From Octopus vulgaris (Eukaryota), in contig OX597825.1 in assembly GCA_951406725.2 (NCBI GenBank), forward strand, positions 3,782,001 to 3,846,000: a DNA stretch of 64,000 nt, read 5' to 3'. The position numbers and the translations under genes were made by a program. Of this stretch, positions 1-12,591 are shown piece after piece. The notes beneath the pieces were generated by a model. That model saw only the letters and a program-made list of their open reading frames with translations. It was not told where the DNA came from and did no database searches. The first letter of the stretch is position 1, and each line of letters starts with the position of its first letter.

Positions 1-258
1 GGTGAAATATTCAAACCTCAAAGAATTAATCTCAAAATGTAGCTATGACTCCACCCCCTACTTCTTCTCGTGATCAGAGATGCATATATTGTCATCCAAC
101 AAGGGACATGCTTAACTGGTTAAGGTCAAACAACTGACAAGCCAATCTGTGGTATTGAGCAGAATATGTATTGTAGCCCATATTTTATACCAAGACAAAA
201 TATATACATGATAACACTTCCAATCAGATGAGATCAAAAGCCATAGGAGCCACGGCCT

Positions 259-265
259 TATATTA

Positions 266-332
<67 letters not shown>

Positions 333-340
333 CATTATTA
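259..340. repeat. (TAT)n microsatellite
   Basis: Direct reading; explains the poly-Tyr ORF 228..446. Confidence 0.95.
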
Positions 341-1194
341 CTTACAAATCACTTTTTCGTTCATTCATTCATTCATCAATTCTACTATAGATAAATATTA
401 TTTTTCAAAAATCTTCTTAACCGCTGTTTCTGTCTTTCAAATCTAACTGATATGTCACAACATGATAAATGTAATGCCTCCCTACCCTTGGATGTTATAA
501 AATAAGTACACTATCGATCTCGCTAGAATTTCGTACCATGGTTTCATAATCTTTAGCGTCGTGAAAATGCTTCTCTTCGAAAATTGAAAATTCGTTTCTA
601 TCAGTTCTAAGTAACCTTCTAATAATTTAATGAAATTTAAGGCATATACTGAAGTTTTTATAACCAAAACGTCCATGAAATTAATATAAACATTTCTTTT
701 AAATGGTAGCTCTTCTCTAAATATTTGAAGTTTAGACACGATTTTTAGTTGAATACTACAGAGCAATAGTATTTTAGAATTCTAATCTCCGATACACTTC
801 AATATATGTATAGTTACACCATCAACCATTCATCCCTTATAGAATCCTTAAATGGATATACAAAGGGAGGAACAACAAATGCCAATAAGCCATTTTTGGT
901 TTTGCAAATAGTTTTACAGCAGTTTTAAATGTACGGAAATTAAAGAGGTTTAGAATATTCGTTTCAAATTTTGTTTAAAGCTGCCAGCGTTGTTGAAGGC
1001 GTAAGGTTGATTAAACCGACAACAGTGCTCAATTTGAACACCGTAGAAATTGATCTAAGAATCTGAAGACATACGGAATGCTGCTAAGCATCAGTTATGG
1101 TTTGCTAACGATCCAACAAGCTAACGGCTTTATAAAGCAGCTTTAAATTTTATTTCCTGTTCATGTTTTTCGAGTCATTTTATATTCGTTTTTG

Positions 1195-1340
1195 TTATTC
1201 TTTTGTTTCAGACACTTGACTGCGTTCATGCTGTAGCACCTTGTTTAATCGTTCGAATCAACCCTAGAACTTAATATAAGTTACGGTACATAAGCACACC
1301 AACATTGGTTGTCAAACGATGGCGGGGGCAAACGCAAACA
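1195..1340 (-). mobile_element. Decayed 3' part of SINE family B
   Basis: tgtttcag..ttgactgcgttcatgctgtagcacc and caccaacattggttgtcaa match the copy at 19778-20200. Confidence 0.6.
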
Positions 1341-3661
1341 CATGCATATATATATATATATACATACGCTTTCGATACAACTCTCTACGTGGAGAAAATC
1401 TCTGCTAAGATCGTTTTTATTATACATATGGGCGTATATGTGTGTGTGCGCTTGCGTATGTGTACACACGCACACATACACCCGCTTAAAATACATATAT
1501 TCAAACAGAAATCTGTTTTATAACCGTTATATTCTTAACATACATAGATATTTGTAAAATGTTATTCGTAACATACATATATATCTGTACTCTTGCTTCA
1601 TTGAGTTTATTGACATCGACTGAAACCCTTTACCGGACTGTCATATCTTCACACCAGGCACAGCATTTCTAGACATAAATAATAATATTAACGTTACTGA
1701 GGATATGTACAGTAAAGTAAACGTTCGGCATAATTTTGATACAAAATTAAATCGGTAAGCTAGAGTTCTTCAATATGTTATATAAACTTGTAATATATCG
1801 TTACACAATAAGTTTTAATTTCAAAATTTATATATAATATCCATGAATAGAATATCTTACTTTCATGATTGATGCAAATCTGTCAGCACAAGATTCTCGT
1901 ATGTAATTAATTTTTCGTTATTTCATCTGCATTTAGCTTCAAGCGATTTAACTTTCTGATAATGGGTGGTCGACGCACATTATTATAAATATATTGATTT
2001 CAGACGCCGTGATGTCTTAGAATAAATACTAATTTCTGACATTTTCGGTAGGTAACTTGCCCGTATCCCGTAATTGTCACGTTGATATATTACTTGAAAC
2101 TAATTCCTATCAATATTTTTACAATCATTTGCAAAAAGAAAATGAAAAATAAAGAAACGAACAGTGTTTCTCCTTTTTTCATTGTTTGTATCTTTTATGT
2201 TTTTGTTTTTTTTTTCCGAAATGAAAATTTTGCAAAGGGATTTAATTTAATTTTCATAAGTGCCAAAATTCCCCAAAGGCATTTCCGAAATATTTATGTT
2301 TAAAACACTTCAAACTGTTAGATTTCTTATCCACAAAATACTTTCTGGCCTTAGAATGATTTACCTTATATAACGATTTTGCTTTTCACTGTTTAATAGT
2401 AAATTTCAGAATCTGAAACCACACTTTTTAAAAGTACTGAATATATCTTACCATAGAATTAAAGCTATGGCCGTCTTATTTCCTTCTTTAATAATCTCTT
2501 TGATTCATCCCAATAATGACAGTTTTCAAAAGTCCTATACCTGGATCCTGATGTTATTATACGAATAATTCCTTCCTCTTCTTTATTAATCGAGAAGTGT
2601 TTTAACTGAGGCTTTGATAGTATATTTAAATCTTAATACGTTAATATTTATTTATTATTTGATGAAATTATATTTTGATATTTCAGGTTATGTTCTCTAA
2701 ACATTTGACGAGAGACTCTTCATAACAATACCGATAACTCACTTGAAATATTTACTGCGACCAATTAATTTAAAATTAACATGCACATGATATGGTAGTT
2801 ACGTTTCAATTTATTTACACATAATTGTGGAAGGGCAAAGTTGATTATATTCCACAAGTATATTTAAGATAAGATTCAAGTAATACGAAACATTTCAGTG
2901 AAATAATATTATATTTCCATAGAATAATTGAACGGTATATTCAAAATTTGTCTGAGTTAATGTTTAACATTTGCTAATAATTGCTTACATGTGGCACTTA
3001 AATATACAAGGCATTTATTTTTGCCCATCTAATATCAGAAATAACTGTATTCAGTGACCGTATTCAATATATTAATCATAGTTATGAGGCCTTAAAATAA
3101 AATAATGAACCTCATTTTACTTCTCTGTAGACAAATTTCAGATGCTCATAACTGTAATGTCGTTGAATAATCATTTGATTCCAGTGTAATGTTTAAAGAA
3201 CGAGAATAAGAACACGATGGTATTCGTTCAAAATCCTAATTGACAATATTATATGAAACTTTAGCTTAAACTTTTAAAGCGACTGCTAGATTAGCCGAAG
3301 GATATCAGAGTCGATTATAATTCCACATTAAACATCAAATATTTGCATAGAGAAATTAGGTAGTTACTGCGCTAATAATTTCGTTATGTATTTATATCCC
3401 ACATGCGTAATTAAAATAAACGGTATTACCCAAAAGCATATCCTTCAGTTTATCTTTGAAACAAATTACTGCATAAAGGGAAATGCATTGAAGCGATAAT
3501 ATTTTCAATTACGATGAATTATGGTTATATAAATAAGGGTCATTATAATAGGAGTTTAGCTATTAATTTTTCTTTTCAAACCATACTGAGTTTAATAATG
3601 CTGAGAAATGAAACGATAGAACTGGTATCAAATATAACTGTAGAATTTATTCAGCTTTCGC

Positions 3662-3664
<3 letters not shown>

Positions 3665-3732
<68 letters not shown>
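3665..3732. repeat. (TA)n microsatellite
   Basis: Direct reading. Confidence 0.95.
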
Positions 3733-5994
3733 GTAACACCACATAGAAAGGTAGAAATTATAAGTGATTACAGAAAGTACCCTGAAATTGATTGCTGTTA
3801 CCCAGGTAAAAAGTAATCAATACGTAAACAGAAAATTAGAAATTTCTGATTCTTGAAGATTCCAATTGACTTTTAAACATTTGCTTGTTTTAGTATATCC
3901 AGAACCTGCTTCTGAAAGATTCTGTCAGGTGATGCTGTGAAATTCTTTGTCACAAAACCACCTTTCCATCTACTTTCCGCTGATATAACAATACACGCCG
4001 TAGAGTTTTGCTCTACTTTGTGGTTGAAACATGTATGTGAAGATGGCCAAGATTCCTCATGAATAACAACGTGCACTGCTAAGTCTAGGGAGATTTTTAA
4101 TTTAATTTTTGGTAAAATGATTTTATGCTAATAAAATCGGAAAGCATAGCCAAGTTCAAATAAAAACAAGAGCATCTCTCCAACCTGGATTATCATCCAT
4201 TTGACGTTTTGCTACGTCTTTTTCCATTCTGCCACCAAATGCTCATAGATTTTTCATTAAATCATCTATGAATGGATATGATATATGTGATGACGCAGTT
4301 TTCCTTTCAGTCTCTCATTCATCAGATGTTTAAGGAGGGGGTCTAATACATGATGTTGGCAAACAACGTATTGAGATAAAATATATCTACGCTTTATAAA
4401 TTTGTTCTGCATTTGAATGACCACTCCTGTATGCTTTCCTCTATTTACCATAGATATGTCTGTGATGGTCACTTTCATTGCTGTCTGGAATTCCCAATCA
4501 TCTAAAACTTCCACTAGTCCTTGAAAAATGGTATCTTCTCTGCCGTTCTTGAGAGTTAGTGCTGTTACTCTAATGTATCTTGTGTTATTTTTCATTAAAG
4601 CAACCTGTCTTTCTTTACTCTTTATAACGTTTCCATAAAAATGGATCACAAACTCGTCATCTTTTAAAGTTTGTTTTATTTCGTGCTTCATCTTTTCGGC
4701 CTCTCTCATAGCGGTCTTGTACTCTCCTGACTGTGACGGAGTGGGGGAGAAGTACTCCGTCCTCTCTCAGCCGTCGTTTGCAGACGTCGGGTGATTTATG
4801 AATGCTACAATTATTTTTGTTAGCAAGGTCATTGTTGGTTGAGTTCAGTGATGTTGTTGTTTACAGGTGCCAACTCTTTTTCGTCTATTGGTAATGTGAT
4901 TTTATCTGCAGAATCTGATGTAGGGGTTTCTGATGATGAGGTGATGATATCTGCAAGAGGCTGGATACATATTAGTGACATCAAAGCATACACAAAATTG
5001 TATAATATTTGAGAATTTTTTAGGCACGTTACTTTACCTGCTTCGGCATATGCGAAAAAGGCTTGTGAAATTGAAGCTGACACCTTTGACGAGGAAAGTG
5101 ATCGCTTTGAAGGATGGGCCACAACTAAAAGAAATGTCATATAACCAGTTATACCGCCCCTTTGAATCTGGGTCCGGTAAAAGCCTTTGCCTTCTTAAGA
5201 TAACCAAGTGCCACGTTCATTAGTAATATCAAACAAATCTTGAACTTTTTGGTTTCGGACCTTTCAAAAGTTTATCATACCTTGTCAACAGAGTATCGCT
5301 CACTTTTCTTACAATAAACTTTAATGTCATACACGAAAATCAAATTTTTCTCCACTGATTCTTTACTTCCTGAGCACTGAGCTTATTTCTTGCATGTTTG
5401 GATTTTTTAAAAAGAGTTTACTAATGCATTATACTTTCCAAAGATGCTGGGTATTCTAGGGATTCTAATTAGTTCAGTCAACTCATGTTCCACATTCGGT
5501 ATTTTTCTTCGCTTTCCAAAGTTTGTTATATTTTTGGCTACATTTCTAGTTTGATGCAACTTCCTTGCTTGATTGTTTAAATGACATGATTGATGTTTTT
5601 ATTTCTCTGATTAAAGCAATATATTTTAATATCTGTAAGAGAAAGAATAATGCATTCATGGATTATCTCAACAGGAAATAATACTACTCAAGTTGTGAAA
5701 CAACTTTTACTGCTCTTTATATCGTTATTGGCATTTGGTCAGAAGGTAACTTCAATCATAAACTCCTTTAAATCTAATAAAATAGTGTAAAGCGCTAATG
5801 CCCAACGTAATGTGCGTTTGACTAGGCCAATGGAAGTGTGACTCATTCGAAAATAGAAATATTAATTGGTCGGGGACGTTTTTGAAAGTTTAAAAAAAGT
5901 GAACTGATAGTCGCTGTTTTCTCATAAGTTTTCATTGAAAGACATCCTAGCCATGCTCTATTTCAGAAAAAAAAATTAAGAAGACATCACCCTA
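3733..5994 (-). mobile_element. Decayed DNA transposon, hAT superfamily (hATm-like)
   Basis: ORF 4266..4709 (-) has FVIHFYG, TDISMVNRGKHTGV and VVCQHHVLD, resembling the D..DTT.SNTG..G..CxHH.LE motifs of hATm-like transposases. The right end reads TAGGGTGATG on the minus strand at 5994. Left boundary uncertain. Confidence 0.55.
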
Positions 5995-6439
5995 ATATAT
6001 AAACATATGTAATTGAATAACTGTTTCTACGCAACGTAGTTTTCAGGCTTACAGGCATTTGGTTACGTAAACGCGTTCCTGCATTATGCGATCTTGTTAC
6101 CTTAGGTAAAAAGCCTGAATGTTTTGTTGGGGGAAAGTAGATTACACCGCCCCATGTACTCAACTGGTTCATAATTCATCGCCCTGGAAATGATGAAAGG
6201 CAAAGCCGACCTTGGTAGAATTTGAATACAGATCTGACATAGAATTTTAAAAAAACCTTAAGTTTGGAAAGATATCAAACCAAAAAAAATACGAAAATGA
6301 AAGAAAAAATATAATACGAAAACCAGGCATTATAGAGCAGCACAATATATTCACTGAGAAATTTGCAAAAGCCTGGACCTGCCCCATGATAAATTCTGAT
6401 GGGAACTCTAACCACCTCCACTGCTCCAATATGGCCACA

Positions 6440-6976
6440 CCTCACTCAGCTGGAACTTGACTGTTCATACTGAGGAAAGGATAGATGACAATAGACCAGA
6501 CATTGTATTGCAGAACTTTAGACAAAAATAATATTTCCGTCCCAGTTAACATAAATATATTTGTCAAGACCTACCAAAAACTGAGCAAGTATAAAGATCT
6601 TGATCTTAAGATAGAAATTGGCAAACTCAAGTCTAAACAATTGATGTGGTCATAGGTGCCCTTGGAATGATAGCAAAAGGGGTTGATTGCTACCTAGCAC
6701 ACATACCAGGAAAAACTCAAAATGGCAGAAATTCAAAGAAAGTGCTCATGGGAACTGCCCATATCCTACGTAAAATACTATGTAATCTCAAATTTTAAAA
6801 CAAACTTATAATTTGCTCATGTTTTCTTAAACATTCTCTGGAACACTACATTGTGTAAAACCAAATATATGGCGCTCTAGGCATAACACTTACTTGAACT
6901 TTTACTTGTTGTCTCTTGAGGTCTCTGGGTGTTATTTGGAGTCAACCTGTACAAATATAAATCAAAAGTACAACAT

Positions 6977-7038
<62 letters not shown>
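6440..7038 (+). mobile_element. 3' end of R4/Dong-like (RLE endonuclease) non-LTR retrotransposon with (TAA)n tail
   Basis: Frameshifted translation NRPDIV..KLSKYKDL..VVIGALGMI..KVLMGTAHILRKIL, then a 3' UTR and (TAA)n at 6978-7038. Confidence 0.75.
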
Positions 7039-7039
<1 letters not shown>

Positions 7040-7204
7040 TAGATTATCTTATGAGGCGAGGCCGTCTATCTCTTGGGGGACGCGCTTCTAGATTAACTAT
7101 AGGAGAAATCATTTGGTGTTCTGTTGTAGATTTCATTTTTGTTCCGTACGACATATTTGTGTTAATGATAAAATGTAAAGATTCTTTGTAACTTTCCAAT
7201 ATGT

Positions 7205-7545
7205 ACAGACTGGACCATCAAAGCAAGGAAACATAGATATTGTTGTGAAAGACCAAAAGTAGAATGTATGTTTATTGATTGACATAACCATACCTAGTGA
7301 CCATAATACCTCGACAAATGTATTTCATAAGTTCAGAGAACATAAAGATTTGGTAATTGAAATGGAAATCATGTGGCATTTGAAGACAGTTACAATACCA
7401 GTGGTTGTAAGAACACTTGGAATAAACAACAACAAAAGGACTGAAATTATTTGAAAATGATCCCTGGGTTACCATCCATGCAAGACGTGCAAAATATTGT
7501 CTTAACTGGTATGTCAAATTTAATGAAATGAGCATTGTCTATGCG
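7205..7545 (+). mobile_element. Second decayed R4/Dong-like RLE domain fragment
   Basis: Translation CLLIDITIPSDHN..KFREHKDLVIEMEIMWHLKTVTIPVVVRTLGI. Confidence 0.7.
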
Positions 7546-8821
7546 AACTTTCTTTCCGTTTTTCCCCTTTCTTTTCTTTGTTTACCTTTGTTCCTTTCTC
7601 TCTGTCTTTCTTCCCCTTTTTATCTATCATTAGACTTTGTAAATGAGCATTCTTGTGCGTTTATTGTCATGATCTCAGATTTGGAATTCAGACATTTGTA
7701 TTCATGTGGGTCAGGTACAGTTTATATTCGTCGTGCTTAAGCCTTCAATACAAGAACGAAGATTTCGTTCCTAGATATGTTGTACGGTACTCTGCAGATT
7801 TTGCTAATAAGTACACGGTAGTGAGATATTACTTTTCTTCTCAGGTTCTTGCTAAGTCTCAAGTAAGTAAAGTTCGAGCACACCTATGTTCGAATATTTC
7901 CCAGGAATTCCAATTTCTCTATGCCATATGTCTATGACTACGTTCTCTTATGTATACTAAATGTATTTTAGGCGACATTCTATGATTGAAATAATCCTTC
8001 CCCTTAGCTTCCGTATAAAAGCTGCGACTCATTACATGAAATTTTTTGGCCTGGTTAAATTGTGAAATACATTCTTTTGTAAAGCGAAATATAAGCAAAG
8101 TTTAATATTCTAATAAATCGCTTCATTCACTTCAGGCAGTGTTCTTATTTAAGCTCAAACAGTAGAAGCGATTTAAATTTCAGAATCTGAGAAAGTTACT
8201 TATTTCCATCCGCAATCTGTCGGCATTCACAAGTTTGCTATGAAATGAGATGCACCGAGAGAACAACTATCCAAAGTTTAGTCGTTTGATCGCAAATCAC
8301 ATTATCGAAATTCTCTCCCTAATTTTCAACATTTAATCTATTATCTGTCAGTATTAGTCACGTCCTAGATTTTATAAACTGCTTTCTGTCGATATTCTGA
8401 TTCGCTCTCGATTTATCTCCTCAGCCGATGCTGTTCTAACCTTTTTTGAATAACCGGTACAAAGGAAATTTCCTGCGTTTCTGTGTTGCAGTTTAGTGAA
8501 TCATAGCAAGGGAAGACATCTACTTTGATCCTTATCACTTTCACAGCAGCAGCAGCAGCGGTCACGAGACTGATTGATGCTTTCTTTCTTGCTGTTTAGA
8601 CATTAGAATCGATGGGGTTTGTAATTGACTGCGTTACAAAGTAAAGTAGATATATTGAAAATCAACGTTTACTTACATTACTGGAAGAGAATATAGATTA
8701 AACATACCAAATGGTCATTGGTTGTGTAAGCTTGTCGATTAAGACACAATCGCATATACGCATGCGGCCATGTGTGTGTGTGTGTGCGTGCATGTGTGAA
8801 GATATATACGTATTTATATAT

Positions 8822-9052
8822 GGCGGCGAGCTGGCAGAAACGTTAGCACGCCGGGCGAAATGCGTTGCCGTATTTCGTCTGCCGCTACGTTCTGAGTTCA
8901 AATTCCGCCGAGGTCGACTTCGCCTTTCATCATTTCGGGGTCGATAAATTAAGTACCAGTTACTCACTGGGGTCGATGTAATCGACTTCATCCGTTTGCC
9001 TGTCCTTGTTTGTCCTCTCTGTGTTTAGCCCCTTGTGGGTAGTAAAGAAATA
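8822..9052 (+). mobile_element. tRNA-derived SINE, family A
   Basis: A-box-like TGGCAGAAACGTTAG and B-box GAGTTCAAATTCC; several homologous copies in the window. Confidence 0.85.
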
Positions 9053-9080
9053 TATATACGTATCTATATATATATATATA

Positions 9081-9503
9081 TTTTGTGAAATAGAAAGATG
9101 AATAATCGTGTTGCAGATTAATCAAAAGTTTAACCGATACATTGGTAGCAAAAATCACAGCAGAAGACAGAACGGTTGGAGGTACAACCCTATGGTGTTG
9201 CAACCGTGCGTTGGTGCGGATAATTGAATTTTAATATTATTAGTGAATTGAAGAAATGGAGTTGAACGAAGATTGAACAGAAATCGTTTTATTGCATTCT
9301 ACACGTGTTTCGAAAGGCACAATTTACCAAATTCCGATTGAATAAGGAGACCATATTGTGTCTTTCTCTTCAGGAAGAAATAGGAAATCCGTTGGAAAAA
9401 ACAAAAACAGAACAGAGGCGGAGCAAAGCAAATCGAACGAGGCTCCTAAGAGCCCATGGCCAAACTGTTCAATCTTCGTTCAACTCCATTTCTTCAATTC
9501 ACT

Positions 9504-9511
<8 letters not shown>
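9081..9511 (-). mobile_element. Short 5'-truncated PLE pseudo-LTR insertion with inverted partial duplication, in (TA)n
   Basis: Perfect 47-bp inverted repeat 9234-9280/9465-9511, hammerhead on the minus strand, (TA)n on both sides. Confidence 0.75.
9297..9376 (-). ncRNA. Type I hammerhead ribozyme (canonical core)
   Basis: Minus strand reads TTC CTGAAGA GAAAGACACAAT..ATTGTGCCTTTC GAAA CACGTG TA|GAA. Stem II pairs at 11 of 12 positions, stem III is palindromic, cleavage triplet GUA. Confidence 0.8.
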
Positions 9512-9557
<46 letters not shown>

Positions 9558-9724
9558 GTGTGTGTGATTGTGTATAGAAGAATATATTAATAAAAAGAAT
9601 TCCAACCTTGTCTGATTTTCACGTTTTATTTACAATCTTATAATGATATATTATAAGATAATATATTATAATTGAATAAAATAAAATAAAATGAAATAGT
9701 AGAATGTTAAATATTCATTCTGAT

Positions 9725-9769
9725 TGAACTAGTACTTTCATGCATTGAATTCTGCAATCTTCGGGTTCA
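9725..9769 (-). ncRNA. Minimal type I hammerhead ribozyme in left pseudo-LTR
   Basis: Mirror copy of 15717-15761. Confidence 0.7.
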
Positions 9770-10263
9770 TGTAGTAGTGTTGACAGTCATGCTTCACAAT
9801 TTTTGACTGTAGCAAGATGAGTGATTCTGTGCTATAAATACAGCTGGGTAGGCTCCAGAGTGCTAGGTTTTGCAAACTGTATTCTGACCAATCAGTGTGT
9901 AGTATCACTCAATTACTTAAGCTGATTGGTTGGTTGAGCTGATTGGTTTAGGCATCACGCTTTGTTGGACAGGTCAAGAGTCCTGTATTTTGACCCTGGC
10001 CGAAGCAGCAATTGTTGGGTTATTTTTAGAAATGTTGTAAATATCCTTTGTCAGAGATTTTTATATTTTTATATTTCAATTGTCATCATCATCATTGTCA
10101 GCACCTTAATTATTGTTGCTAGTGGTGATGGTGGTGGCAATAGAACTTTTAACCCTAAATAAGATAATTTTCCTGCTATCTTCGTCTTGATCACCTTTAG
10201 TATTGTTGTTGTTGTTAGTGGTCATGGTCGTAGCAGTGGAAGTAATACCTCTAAGTATTATTA

Positions 10264-12591
10264 TTATTGCTTATTTAGCTTGGGTTCGAATTTATCAATA
10301 AAATTCTTTTCTCTGATTTTCCTCTCGATTTCACTTGGGCTGTGTAATTTGTAGAATGGAAATATTATATATATTTTCCGACCACATGTTGCTAGGTGGT
10401 TACTCAAAGGTATCTGACGGACCTCTGGGTCTCTAATCTGTTGCCGGTGTACACGTGAGCGTTCTAATAGTGCGTTTCCCGTCTGACCTACATATATTTC
10501 TTCACAATTTGGGCATTTGATGCAGTAAATTAAATTTCTGCTTTTGCAGTTCATATTCGCGTTTGTGAATATTTTCCCGGTTTTTGTGTTTATATATTGA
10601 CCGGTATGTATGAATTGGCATGTGCCACATCGGCTATCATTGCATTTAGATACCGTGAATGTTTGGTCTTTGTTGCTGAGGTCAAATTTTGCCTTTGTTA
10701 GTAATGTTTTCAAGTTTTTAGGCTGTCTTTTACTAAGCACCATAGCTCGATCCTTGATTATGTCTTTTAATTCATTACTTTGGGCAATGATTGGAAGGTT
10801 TGCTTTGGCAATGTTGAAGATATTCTGGTGACATGGGTTGTGTGTCACTATGAATGGTATGACTTGTTCTTGTTTTCCTCTTCCTTGGGTTGTCCTAAGT
10901 TGTTGTATAGGTATTTTTATAGCCCGCTGTATGCCATTTTCTATAAGTAGAGATGGGTATTTTTGTTTGAGCAAAAATTCTCTTAGTTCTATTAGGCGTT
11001 TGTTCCTGATATTTGCATCTTCTACAATAGTACAAATTCTTCTGGCTAGGCAGTATGGGATGTTACGTTTTGTATGTGGTGGATGGCACGACTTAAAATT
11101 TAGGTATTGATGTGTGTCTGTGTGTTTATAGTATATATCTGTGGTGATGGTGGTGTCTTTTTTAATTACCATTATATCCAGGAATGGTAATTTGGTACTA
11201 CTCATCTCCTTTGTAAATTTGAGAGATGGGTGTAGGTTGTTCAGGAGGATATTGAACTCTTCCAGAGTATTTAGAGATTCTGTCCAGATTATGAAACAGT
11301 CGTCTAGGTATCTCTTCCATGCCTTTTCAATATACTTTCTAAATCCAGTGCCATAGTTTACCTCCACCTCTTGGTAGAGTTGTTCTTCTAAGTATCCCAT
11401 TACAGAGTTGGCGTAAACGGGAGCAAACCTCGTTCCCATCGCCGTGCCTCTAATTTGGATGTAATTCTTTCCATTGAAGAAGAATGTGTTATTTTCTAGA
11501 ATAAGTTTGACTGTGTCTAATATAAATGGCACTGTGAATCTGCTGGGAATCACTTCTCTATGTTTTTCTAACCAGTATTTAATCGCCTTTATTCCTAAAT
11601 CGTGTGGAATATTGGTGTAGAGGCTTACCACATCAAAACTTAGCAAAACTGAATTTGTTTCTGTTGTTTTGGGAAGATGGGACAGGAAGTCGATGTCATC
11701 CCTGATGAAACTTGGTATGTAAGTACATAGTGGTTTCAAAACAATGTCAATAAAATTGCTTAGACGGTGTGTAGGGCATGCTGGACCAGCTATAATAGGT
11801 CTAAGTTTTAGGTCTTTTGGATGTAATAATTTTATGTACTCACTTTCTTGTTCTTTTACTGCCTGTTGAATGTTTTTTGATTTGTGTATTTTTGGTAAGC
11901 CGTAGAAGTTGCTGGGTTTTGGTTCAAAATTGGTGATGTAGTCTTTTTCATTATCCGTAAGTGAGTTGTGGTGTGTTGAAATCAGGTTGTTGATCTTTTT
12001 CATGATGTGGTGGTCTATATTTGCGGGTATTTCACAATAGAAGGTTGTATCCTTCAGTTGGTCTTCAACCAAATCCTTATAGTATTCGGTATCCATAATA
12101 ACAATTGCACCACCTTTATCTGCTTGTTTAATTATTATTGTTTGATCGTTTTGTATACGTTTACATGCAGACATCTCTGATTTGCTAATGTTTGGCCTAA
12201 CATTGGTATTGCGTCTAAGAGGAAATTTAGACAGGATATCAATGTATTGGTCAAGGTAGTTATTTCTTCCTTTTGGTGGGGTGAAATTTGATTTATTCCT
12301 TACTAGGGATTCATCAATCTCATTACTTTTGTTAGCGAAGAATTCTACAAGTCGTAATTTTCGACAGAATTTTTGGATATCCTCCTTTAATTCTTGGTGG
12401 TTGGCTGTTGGTGTAGGTGTGAATTTCAGTCCTTTTGACAGAAGTTGGATTTCATCATTGTCAAGATCTCTTTTTGATAAATTAATTATTTTAGGATCTA
12501 TACGTTCAGTTGTTTGGGGTATGTTTCCTCTTGGATTTTTTCTTTCTCCGGTGTTTGTTGTCCTGACGTAAAAAAATGGATTTTTTTCTGG
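10264..12591 (-). CDS. PLE reverse transcriptase / GIY-YIG endonuclease (frame open from 12591; first ATG at 12174)
   Basis: N-terminal IINLS..LLSKGLKFTPTP, ADKGG, RPIIA, SFDVVSLYTNIP, GTAMGTRFAP, RYLDD, LPFLD, CNDSRCGTC linker, LIYCIKCPNCEEIYVGQT, CCHH histidines, terminal EPKLN. No internal stops. Confidence 0.95.
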   Translation of the reverse strand, partial: PEKNPFFYVRTTNTGERKNPRGNIPQTTERIDPKIINLSKRDLDNDEIQLLSKGLKFTPTPTANHQELKEDIQKFCRKLRLVEFFANKSNEIDESLVRNKSNFTPPKGRNNYLDQYIDILSKFPLRRNTNVRPNISKSEMSACKRIQNDQTIIIKQADKGGAIVIMDTEYYKDLVEDQLKDTTFYCEIPANIDHHIMKKINNLISTHHNSLTDNEKDYITNFEPKPSNFYGLPKIHKSKNIQQAVKEQESEYIKLLHPKDLKLRPIIAGPACPTHRLSNFIDIVLKPLCTYIPSFIRDDIDFLSHLPKTTETNSVLLSFDVVSLYTNIPHDLGIKAIKYWLEKHREVIPSRFTVPFILDTVKLILENNTFFFNGKNYIQIRGTAMGTRFAPVYANSVMGYLEEQLYQEVEVNYGTGFRKYIEKAWKRYLDDCFIIWTESLNTLEEFNILLNNLHPSLKFTKEMSSTKLPFLDIMVIKKDTTITTDIYYKHTDTHQYLNFKSCHPPHTKRNIPYCLARRICTIVEDANIRNKRLIELREFLLKQKYPSLLIENGIQRAIKIPIQQLRTTQGRGKQEQVIPFIVTHNPCHQNIFNIAKANLPIIAQSNELKDIIKDRAMVLSKRQPKNLKTLLTKAKFDLSNKDQTFTVSKCNDSRCGTCQFIHTGQYINTKTGKIFTNANMNCKSRNLIYCIKCPNCEEIYVGQTGNALLERSRVHRQQIRDPEVRQIPLSNHLATCGRKIYIIFPFYKLHSPSEIERKIREKNFIDKFEPKLNKQ

